Shown here: positions 54,210 through 64,000 of the stretch, in pieces
Layout: each line of letters starts with the position of its first letter
Numbering within the stretch: position 1 is the first letter of the stretch
NCBI GenBank assembly: GCA_951406725.2
Contig: OX597816.1
Span: forward strand, 97,650,001 to 97,714,000
Direction of reading: 5' to 3'
Source of the DNA: Octopus vulgaris
Lineage: Eukaryota
Length of the DNA: 64,000 nucleotides
The notes under the pieces: model-generated
Seen by the model: only the letters and a program-made list of their open reading frames with translations
Told to the model about the DNA's origin: nothing
Database searches by the model: none
Position numbers and translations under genes: made by a program

Positions 54210-54734
54210 ATCTGTTTGTGGAACTAGTTGGGGTAGCAGCTTGGTAAATAGATCGTGTTATAGAGGTCTATAAATAGATTCGGCAGATGGTGGGGAGGTC
54301 AGCCATAGAAACAAAGGAATTTTCGAACCATTTGAGTTCCTAACTTATTTTATTTTGAGGAAGATTTAAAATATTCACAAGAAATTGTAGATATTACAGT
54401 CTTTGGAAATAGTAGGAGGAAGAGATATTCACCTCGTTGGATTTTTGAATTTCTGAATTTCTAATTCTTTTGGAAATATTGAATTTCTAAATGTCTCAGA
54501 GAGACATGAGCGGTGGTGGGGCGATAGAGTGGTTGTATACTCTCAACATAACGTAACAGTCCCGTAAATGGAATTACACCACCGCTATTTAGCCCTAGGA
54601 AGCATCGACGCTTCCTGTCGGCCTTGACACATTTCCTGTGTCCTCATATTTGCGAAGGAGATTAGGCACCCCCACCAGCTAGGGCTAGCACCTAGAGACA
54701 TGCATGTTTCTGCATCTTTGCTCGTCATCAGTCT
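54210..54734 (-). mobile_element. Penelope-like 5' region: hammerhead, structured leader and decayed ORF start
   Basis: Hammerhead at the 5' end, a series of hairpins, ATG at 54507, then broken frames FLLL/KDCNIYNFL..F.LP resembling the PLE N-terminal FLxxCxxxNxxPxF motif. Leader homologous to 58375-58548. Confidence 0.55.
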
Positions 54735-54739
54735 GTAGG
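54691..54739 (-). ncRNA. Type I hammerhead ribozyme motif with GUC cleavage triplet
   Basis: Minus strand AGA-CTGATGA-CGAGCAAAGATGCA-GAAA-CATGCATG-TC-TCT. Exact core, palindromic stem III ACATGCATGT, stem I AGA/TCT, weak stem II GCA/TGC. Confidence 0.75.
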
Positions 54740-55150
54740 TGCAAGAAGACTGCACATGGAGACAACAAAATCAATGGTTTCATTTTGTTGTTGACGTACA
54801 TGACATGTTGGGCTACTACCGTTCTTTAATATGTTGGCCTGGTAGTTTCTTGTAGGCAGGCATTGATCTTGGGCTGCTATAATAAACATTTCTGTTTCTG
54901 AATTTAAGCCAGAAGACTCTAACCATTGATGGACACGGGCTTTGTCAACATCTCTTTGGGTATCTGCAATCGAGAGGTTTTTCTTGCCATTTTATTAGTA
55001 AGAATATCTAAGGCAGCAGTTTTAGCATGGGTTTTCATACGCTTAGCATTTTCTGTGCTTGTTTCTAAAACGTCTAATTCTGGAATTTGTTGTTTTAGGA
55101 ATTTATTTAGATATTCCATTGCCTGTTTTGTTTCTGAGTATGATGCGTTC
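54735..55150 (-). mobile_element. R4/Dong-like LINE (family A) fragment
   Basis: ASYSETKQAMEYLNKF...MKTHAKTAALDIL, then SSGLNSETE.FIIAAQDQCLPTRNYQ, CHVRQQNETID. Homologous to 49200-49640. Confidence 0.9.
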
Positions 55151-55233
55151 ATCTTCTTCTTCTTCTTCTTCTTCTTCTTCTTCTTCTTCTTTCTATTATT
55201 ATTATTATTATTATCATCATCATCATCATCATC

Positions 55234-55297
<64 letters not shown>

Positions 55298-55300
55298 CAA
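55151..55300. repeat. (CTT)n-(ATT)n-(ATC)n compound microsatellite
   Basis: Seen directly. Confidence 0.95.
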
Positions 55301-56645
55301 TGTCATCATCCTCTTTTTTTTTTTTTGTTTTTTTTTGGCCTGTCTGTATCTGCATCTCCCCTAAGAGAGGTTATGACATTCTATCGTAGACAAGAATTAT
55401 TAGGGTAAATATTTTATGACGTGATCTGATTCCGAAATGATGCATGCATAAATATACTTTGTGATGTAGACAGTGTTTGAGGTGTATATGTTTTAATGTC
55501 AAGTAATTTGTTGTAGGCATTAATAGAACAAAGTATTTATATCAAAGTAAAATATCCAAATGTGCATTTGATGTATGTACGCTTGCGTAATTTTGCAAAA
55601 ACTTGCTTTGAATTGCCTTGATATTTTACGATTTACTCTAATGCAACGGCTCCAATAACCTATATTGTAAAAGGTTGAATATGAAAGTGTTATCTTCCTA
55701 TGAACTCCACCACTTGTCAAAAAGAAATTTCTGATATGCCAAATCCTTCAATAAATTAACAATGTTTTGAAAAAGATATGATAAAAAATATGCACCAAAT
55801 TATACCAAAATAATTTGGAATAAAAATATAGGTTGATTCGAAAATAGATCAGTAATAACAGAAACTTATCGGAATGGAAGATATTTGAACTTTAAATTGG
55901 ATTCTGTTCTACGAGAAATAGTTCTTTATAGTGATTTTCTGTAGTAGTTTAAAAAGTAACTTTTGCTCTGTAGTTTTTCTTCTTTGGCAAAATAGTTTAC
56001 ATTTCATTTTATCCAATATTGAATATAATAATTCTTTTCAGTAATAGTGTAACGTCAATAAATAAACCTCTGTCGTAGTGCAATAAGTATGTTACAACCC
56101 ATAATATTTAATGAATTGCTGACACTCCTGGACAGATTTAGCTCCGGTCATTATGTTAATATTCAAGGTCATCTTTTGTCCATTCCTATATTTCTTCACG
56201 CGCGCACACATGTATATATAAACTTACATGTATGTGTGTCTGTGTGTCTGTGTGTCTGTGTGTGTTTGTGTATAAATATAGCAGTATAGGTTACAGTGTG
56301 GTTTAAGATTTGCTTTTGGCATTGTGTCTGTACTGATATAGGGTCAGACTCATTTCTATATTTAGTCATTGATTGATTAATTAAGGATATAGATTAACCC
56401 CTGTCTACACAGGCCAAACTTAGTCATTTAAATATATATGACAAGAAGTGAAAATTTAATTAACGCTGAGTTTATAATATATTTAAAAATGTAAGGACAT
56501 CATGTATATATTTATTAAGATCTCACGAGTTTTACCTAGTGAAATCTATCGTCGGTGTTAACTCGTATCTGAGTAGTGGATCTGTACCCAGCGATTGAAC
56601 CTCTTCATCTTGATGGGTGCGAACGATGTAGTGGCCTGAGGTGGT

Positions 56646-56712
<67 letters not shown>

Positions 56713-56768
56713 AAATTGAAAACATAAAGTCAACAAGAAGGAGTATGGTTCGACACCTATTTAATAAA

Positions 56769-56870
56769 CACTATACATGTTTCAATACAACATAGATCTA
56801 CATATTCAAACGATTTAACTTTAGCAACAGTTTTCCTGTATAATGTGATTCAGTTGCATCTCCTCAGGTG
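56769..56870 (-). ncRNA. Hammerhead-like motif with long (77-nt) stem II, in a repeat running into (TA)n
   Basis: Minus strand CAC-CTGAGGA-GATGCAAC...GTTGTATT-GAAA-CATG-TA-TA-GTG. 8-bp stem II base with G-U pairs and palindromic ACATGT; stem I register is off by 2 nt. Confidence 0.5.
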
Positions 56871-57199
56871 ATATACAATCGCCGTTCCTGTTAGTAACCC
56901 TTTGACTTCGATGCTAACTCATCCGACTGGCTCGTTTGAATCTAGTAGTTGCTGGCAGTTCCATTCCGCTCGGTGTCAACGTATCTCTGTACGCTCGACA
57001 TGAACAGCATTCGATATACTGGCTGTTCACATTTTTCACATGTTAGATTGCACACGCAAAATTTTATTATTTCGCATATACATTATACACTCATACATAC
57101 CCACATATATATACAATCCCCCACCACACACATATACACACAACTACATCTCTGAGCATTCCTATACATACAAACACGTATATATATAAACATATATTC

Positions 57200-57358
57200 G
57201 ATAGGCTTCTTTCAGTTTCCGTCTACCAAATCCACTCAGAAGGCATTGGTCGGCCCGGGGCTATAGCAGAAGACACTTGCCCAAGATGCCACGCAGTGGG
57301 ACCGAACCCGGAACCATGTGGTTGGTTAGCAAGCTACTTACCACACAGCCACTCCTGC

Positions 57359-57361
<3 letters not shown>
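57200..57361 (-). mobile_element. SINE family A, 5' half
   Basis: ggcttctttcagtttccgtctaccaaatccac...ccacacagccactcctgcgcc. Confidence 0.9.
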
Positions 57362-57455
<94 letters not shown>

Positions 57456-57714
57456 GTATATATATATACATATATGAGCGGAAACTAGAACCAATCAATC
57501 AATCATATATAAACTTACTTGGAGGAAACGATACATGTATATACACGCATGTGCATACATATCTACACACACACACCGATCAGCAAACACATTCACACCT
57601 ATACATACATGCACATACATTTATGTGCCCATATGCAAGTGCACAGGTATATCCTTGGGCACTCCATCATATATACACACACAAACATACAGACAAAAAT
57701 GATGATTGTGGTGT

Positions 57715-58165
57715 AATGGAATAATAAGAATTGTTTTTATATACTGTCCCATCTTGAAAATGCATATTTGGCGATGTGGTTACTCCTAGGAAATTTTTCA
57801 TCATGCTTGTTCACCAGGTTCTCATCACTCAGCAGTATACTCAATGCTTCCTTAAGGCAAAGGTCCCATTTGTCGGATAGCGAACCACATGTGTGTGCAT
57901 TTTTTCTTATTATTGACCATTTTATTTGGTATTTAATTTTTTACCCTTTTAGTTCCCATATGAGGTCTGCCAGTGAAATTGCGTGCCGTCTGTTTATTTT
58001 TCAGAATGATGTGATGTAGTTGCGACAATGGACTTTGAACACGAATACGTGGTACCTATATACACGTTTTCGTGTTCAAATGTGGTCATTGTGCATTTGT
58101 ATAGTATGTTCTGTTTGGACGTATTGGTTCATGATCGGACAAGCCGATTTTCTGTGGCATGTCTA
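57715..58165 (-). mobile_element. Penelope-like element GIY-YIG endonuclease fragment
   Basis: Minus frames: CPIMN, NILYKCTMTTFEHENVYIGTT (GIY-YIG), FKVHCRNYITSF, SLADLIWELK, IKWSII, WDLCLKE, LVNKHDE. Matches the PLE endonuclease C-terminal pattern. Confidence 0.78.
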
Positions 58166-58321
58166 GTTATTTGTTGATTGATGTGTGTGCATGTGTATGT
58201 GAACAGGTGTGTGGTTGTGTGTGTAGGTGTGCTTGTGTGTATAAATGTATGCATAATCTCCCTTGAACACTTCAAAGTGCAGCCTGTAGACGGATGAAAT
58301 TTTTTTATTCCTTAAATATAA

Positions 58322-58374
<53 letters not shown>

Positions 58375-58377
<3 letters not shown>

Positions 58378-58548
58378 ACACAGGAAATGTGGCGAAGCCG
58401 ACAGGAAGCGTAGATGCTTCCTGGGGCTAAACAGCGGTGAGGTAATCCCCTACTGTCACGTTAAGTTGACAGTATACAACCACCCTATCGCCCCACCACC
58501 GTACATATCTCTATCTCTATGAGATATTTAGAAATTTAATATTTCTGA
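58375..58548 (+). repeat. Second copy of the structured leader seen at 54470-54645
   Basis: aggacacaggaaatgtg...gccgacaggaagcgt.gatgcttcct.gggctaaa.agcggtg...gtatacaaccac.ctatcgccccaccaccg...tttagaaatt.aatatttc. Confidence 0.9.
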
Positions 58549-59503
58549 ACACTTATCTTGTTTCTCACATATGCAACCATCTGATTATATTCCTTTACAT
58601 ATATACACGCACACACCCATGCGCGCGTATATATGTACGAGTAAGGGTATGCATGCATATGGGTATATGTAAACATTTATACACATGCAAAATATAGATA
58701 ACTGCATATGTAGGAACGATGGTACATGAGGATTGTATTTGTAACTTATCTAAAATATACATGTATATACATCTTCACAAATATTTTCTCAGAATAATTA
58801 ACACTGCTATTTCCTTAATTCTTAATTCTTCATATATTTGCCTCACAGTTAAAAGCTATGAGTACTTCCTCTACCTCTTAACCCCCTCGCCCCGTTCCTC
58901 TATCATTTATACTATAATACCTTTCTCTCTCTATCCTCACTCCTACTTTCAAACTATCTCCACTGACCACTGACCAACCCAATCATAATTTTGCTTTTTC
59001 CTTTTCCTTATTCCTTTTATTCATACCTTCACGGGTTTTATTCTTTATTTTATTTTTTGTTTTTACTAATCTTTTTTCTCCTTTCTCTTTAATTCTTTCT
59101 TTCTCTCCTCCTTTTTCTCCCTCCCTTTATTTTTTTTTTTCATTCCTTTCTTCATGTTTTCAATATGACCATATTAATACACTCCCTATTTCTAGGTCAG
59201 TTTAAACACAAACCTTGAATCTGCTACACTCTATATAAATTCCCTACTGGAAATGACCAACTTTCAGAGAATCTTACATTGCTTATAAACTCTACATCTG
59301 GATGGACTCATATTAAACTCTGTTGGACTTTTGGATTTTACTCAAAGGATATTGGAATATTACACATATATACCATTATGACTATAAAACGGATTTACGA
59401 ATTCAATAACCATACATAACTTACACATACTTTCTTTCCTCCACCTCACTCTCTATTTATATCACATCGAGACTAACTATGACTTAATTTTTCCTCTCAC
59501 ACC

Positions 59504-59555
59504 GTCTCCGATGAAGGGATATTATTAATTAATATCCTAGAAACAGCTGTAAGAC
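59504..59555 (+). ncRNA. Type I hammerhead ribozyme motif, all three stems intact
   Basis: GTCT-CCGATGA-AGGGATATTA-TTAAT-TAATATCCTA-GAAA-CAGCTG-TA-AGAC. Stem I GTCT/AGAC, 8-bp stem II GGATATTA/TAATATCC, palindromic stem III ACAGCTGT, GUA triplet; core has U4C. Confidence 0.75.
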
Positions 59556-59929
59556 ATTCTATCTATAAATGCTATAATATCTATACAGCCTTGGTTTTTT
59601 ATCCCATTACGCAATAAGGTCATATATATATATATATGTATGTAGTAATACTAACAATATCCTTTGGATGGAATTTATAAATATTTTAATGAATAGCTAT
59701 TTCGTTTCCACAAATCACATTCTCTTAAGATCATAGTCCATATTCCTGGGCATCGGGTAACATTAATAGCATTAATTGGTGTTTAACTGAGTGTTGTTTA
59801 CCCCTTTTGACTAGCAAAAAAGTTGATTGAGGCATGTGTTATTTCTAAGTGTATTTGGTGGAGAGGACTGATAGTTGTATGGGAATGGAGGTGAGTGTGG
59901 TAAAGTTGGACTAATTCTGTTATTCTGTC

Positions 59930-60090
59930 TGTAGTTGTTAATGATGAGTAGTACATTCCTTTGTTTGATCTCATTTAAGGCATGATTATCTTCAATGAGG
60001 TCTAAAGCAAACAGGTCAACAGGTACAAACACTACAGCCATCAGGTGTTGGTGCTCATTGTCTGAGTCATTACATTATACATTCTTAAGT
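59930..60090 (-). mobile_element. Possible highly degraded MULE transposase remnant
   Basis: CNDSD...HLMAVVFVPVD resembles the MULE LxALAFVP motif; short and weak. Confidence 0.3.
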
Positions 60091-61774
60091 TGACCTATTA
60101 ATTATTTCTGGTGGTACAGTGATGTAGCGTATAGCATCTTAAATATTAGTTGCTTTGTTCATTTGCTCATATAGAACAAGGAAAAAATACACACAGAAAT
60201 ACTCACATGCTTCAATCAACCTTTTTACTGGTCTAAAGAGATAAACAAGTTAGTTTACAAGTAGTATCGTATTAATACCAAAGTTCATTGGCTTAATTCG
60301 TTCGATATTTAGATGTAATTTTACTCACTTCTGACGTTGCGAGAATATTACCAGTAATACACTCGAGTCAATTCTTTCGACTATATATCTAATGTATACA
60401 GATTTTATTATATACATGTAGTAGTTATATATCATTTCGATTATAAGTAGTTTTCAGTTTTATAATTATTGCAAATAATGATACCAATCGCAAAATGAGA
60501 ACAAATCATATGAGTTAATATTCTTTGCCTATAAAACTGAAAAATGTTAATGTATAGAAAGGGCCATCTATTTCATATGAACCAGGAAACATAATTTTTA
60601 CATTATTGCGAGACTCGGCATCTTCCTATCTTTCTACCTATAAATCCATAGAAAATCGCCAATGAAAGTCCCACGCAAAAAAATTAGATAATTAAAAACA
60701 AAGAAATTACAATAAAATTCCTTACATATAAAATACTACTGAATATCAGCAGAACATCTAATAGCGTATTCATGCAATTTATCTTTTTCTCAAATTTTAT
60801 TTTAAAATTCTATGAGGCAATGAAATGAATTTAATGGCCGCAATTTTGAAAATAAAACGATACTTTATCGATATGAGCTGATGTAGAAAGTATAAAGTGT
60901 GATATATTCCCTAACTAATGAATGCATTTCCTTTTGTTTCTGACGCTGGCTAAACTTTCTGTGATAAAGCTGAAGCTGTATTAATGGCAACTCTGAAGAT
61001 GATATTTGAGAAATTGAGTGAGTTAGGAAGATAGACATTTGAAGGCATAATATATTTCGTAATTAAAATTCGAAAATTTTTATAGAATTTATTTATACTT
61101 ATTTTTATACTAAAAGAAGACGTAGTTGTTATATTCAAATTCTCCTACCTCATTCTAATGAAAATATACCATAATATGAATAGTAGAGTTCGAAGGTAAG
61201 ATATCACATTTTGCTTCGATCGAATAGTAATAGCGTGTTTAAGTTTCAAATGTTCGCGTGTAAATCAATTTATAACTAGTTACCTGAATAAAGACTTTAT
61301 AGTCAGTCGTTAGAGTTTTGCATTCTAAAATGTTAAATACATGAACGCCTGATTAATTTGTTTTTATTGATGTCCCTATTGAAAGGGTGGACAGTTTGGT
61401 GGACACTGGGAGTTGCACATGTAGAGAATAAGAGTTTTGTGAACCAAAGAAGAATAGAATGTATATGTGCAGTCGCTAACACTTGCTATTGCAGGGAATA
61501 ACATTTCGGATCGATATAGATAATTGCTTTCATGCAGCATGAGGTGTACTATGCCCAGATATTGGTGTATTATCAAATATGGTTTGTATTTCCAGCAGAC
61601 CGATCTACCGGGTAGAAACTCCTTCAAACAACATACAAGAATTATCAGTCAAAATGATATGATAAGTAATACATTTCGTGTAATATCTATGTCATGAGTT
61701 AGACGATTGTTCGTGTCTTACCCTACCTTGTAAAATATAAACTCCCAAGTATTTAGATCTATTAAACTATCTTT

Positions 61775-61985
61775 GGTGGCGATAGGCAATCTGAAATTCA
61801 TGGCCTTTTGACAGGATCGCTAAAGTGCTGGGTCAAATGCTTAGTATTTCTTCCGATTTTACATTTTGGCTTCAAATTCAAACGAGGATGGACTTGCCTT
61901 TAATTCTTCCGGTACCAATTGGGCACTGGTGCTTAAGTAATCGACCTCTTCGCTGAAAATTGCCGTAATTGTGCCTTTGTCGGCG
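61775..61985 (+). mobile_element. SINE family B, degraded
   Basis: aaatgcttagtatttc...ttcaaattc...gacttgcctttaattctt..gtaccaattgggcactgg...gtaatcgac...aaaattgc...ttgtgcct. Confidence 0.65.
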
Positions 61986-64000
61986 TAATCAATAGAAACC
62001 ATATTTCAGAATATACGGTCTTAGGCCAACGTCAGAAGTTTCTAAAATTAGTGGATGAAAAAAGCAGTGCAATCCCAAAGAATTCATTTATATTCTCCTA
62101 AGCTCAGATCCGACCAGAGTTTCCGTTACACTTTAACTGCGTTTTTTTTTTTTTTGCTAAGGAAAAAAGTTGTAATGTTCTCAGAGCCATTCCATTGACA
62201 GCATATTTCTATAGAACAGTGAAAAGCTTAGATTTGCATAACCTTTGGCAGGTTAATTACTATTTGAAAATTTGTATATCTGTACTTAATGTAGGTAGCC
62301 ATGTGTGCACCTACCAGAGGGTTATTAAAAATTGCAATATAGAAGCATTTGTCTTGGAAACAGCATTGTCTGTGGGAAAATGTATTAGTTCTATAATAAT
62401 ACTGAATATTAAACATTCCAAATCAAATAATAATGTAGCAAACACACACAGAATTGTTTTTAACAAAAAAGTTTTTCAAATCTTCTACAAACCGGAGACA
62501 TTCGTGTCGCACCTTAAAATCAAGTTAACGAATATGTTACAATATTGATTAAACAATACTCTTTAAAAACTAACAGTTATCTTGCACTATCAGACGTTTA
62601 TGAAAACGATGTCTCTCTTGACACAAGTATCATTTAGGATCTAAAGGTTAAAGATGCGAGCTATGATTCAAGTTATATCACCTCTTTGACTCCAGTGTAG
62701 ATATGATCTCAGTAAAATATTAAAGCTGTTCAAAGACATCAAGAAATATGTTATATGCTGCATTACCTATGTAAAATAAAAATATATACAAATATATTTT
62801 GCATACAAGATATATCTGACGTATGATCAAATTAATGACAGAAATATAATTATAGTTTCTGTTATTGCTCTATAATCATATTTTTCAAATTATCTACAAT
62901 AGAATAGATCGCTAATAACATTTACATTCAACTTAAGCACAATCAGTTGGCAATCTGTACATTTAACAATTTTCTTTCTTTTTCTAACTTTGTCCTAACA
63001 TTAAACTTTATTTAGATCAGAGATCTTGTGTTCACTTAGTACGAAACCTCGTGCATCCTAGAATTACGTGACATATGCCATCTACATAATCTGCTACTTA
63101 TCTGTGTTGGGAAAGACGTTTAGTGCACAGGTCAACAAAATCGATAATCTCACATAATCTAAGCGGTATTTAGAAGCAATCTAAACATAAGTTCACAACA
63201 AGGCATGATTTTCTGCATATATTTGTTTTTAATGAGAACAAAATCAAATTAACCCTTTGGCATTTATTCTATCTTTGTGACCTCTAATGCTACACAACAT
63301 CAAGAGAAATTTGGAACATACGAAGTATGGAAATTAAATGGTTGTGAGCTCATGTAATGGATATGATTGTAAGATATCAGAAAGCAGTTCAGAAAGTTTA
63401 AGGTGTGAGAGGAATTACTGTAGATAAATTGTGAAATTGAAAGATGGAGATATAAATGGAGGTAAATTGGAGTGATAAGAAATGGGTGTAAAAAGAGTAA
63501 AGGTGATTGAAAGAGAAATTCACATGTAGACCAAGATCAAATCAGAAAGTAGAACAATTTGCCAATGTAAAGTGTAAAAACGTATTAATTGCATTTATTT
63601 TGAACGCTTTTTGCTATTTTTAACTATTCGCATTATCTGTTGAAAATAAGATCATTTATTCATTGTTTCACTTGTATACAACATCGAGCTATATCACTGT
63701 CGTGATATATAATTAAATTATAACTTGCTAACGTCTATATTATCTTGATCAGGCTCGATCACAAATAAGCGCCAATTTCTTTGCTAAACAATATAACGTT
63801 TCATTATATATGACATAACATCATCTGATTCAAAACCACCACATGACCCATGGATGACTTTAGCGGACACTGGAAGAATTTATGCAGGTCTGTGGTTAGT
63901 GTGACTTTCTGACGTCCTGCCAAATATGCCACCGAAACCAAGATTTCTCTTTCATTCCCCCATCAAAACATGCAAAAAAAACTGAAATAAACACACCAGT

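Noticed and set aside
54580-54605. GCTATTTAGC...AGGAAGC on the plus strand, reminiscent of the dicistrovirus IGR IRES stem-loop IV
   Set aside because: Opposite strand to the ribozyme and ORF, changed to GCTGTTTAGC in the second copy, and no pseudoknots found; probably chance.

Overview
AT-rich animal genomic DNA with no recognisable host protein-coding exon. The microsatellite load and SINE sequences point to an octopod cephalopod (inferred from sequence recognition, no database search). Most ORFs in the track are artefacts of (TA)n, (CA)n, (TATG)n and (AAT)n repeats. The window is mostly decayed transposons: a Gypsy RT-RNaseH fragment, a CRE-like element, about eight R4/Dong-like RLE LINE pieces clustered at (TAA)n tracts, an RTE LINE, three full-length mariner elements (one nearly intact), a mariner-type MITE, a 1.35-kb non-coding TIR element, MULE fragments, Penelope-like (PLE) fragments, and many copies of three tRNA-derived SINE families, several nested. 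The most interesting signal is non-coding: at least seven type-I hammerhead ribozyme motifs, plus a degenerate mirrored pair in a 375-bp palindrome. Most lie in short PLE-type repeats that run into (TA)n, and stem I covaries between copies. One motif (54691-54739, GUC site) is followed by a compact multi-hairpin RNA that recurs at 58.4 kb and precedes a decayed PLE-like ORF start, a candidate self-cleave-then-translate leader. Boundaries of decayed repeats are approximate, and all RNA folds were done by eye.
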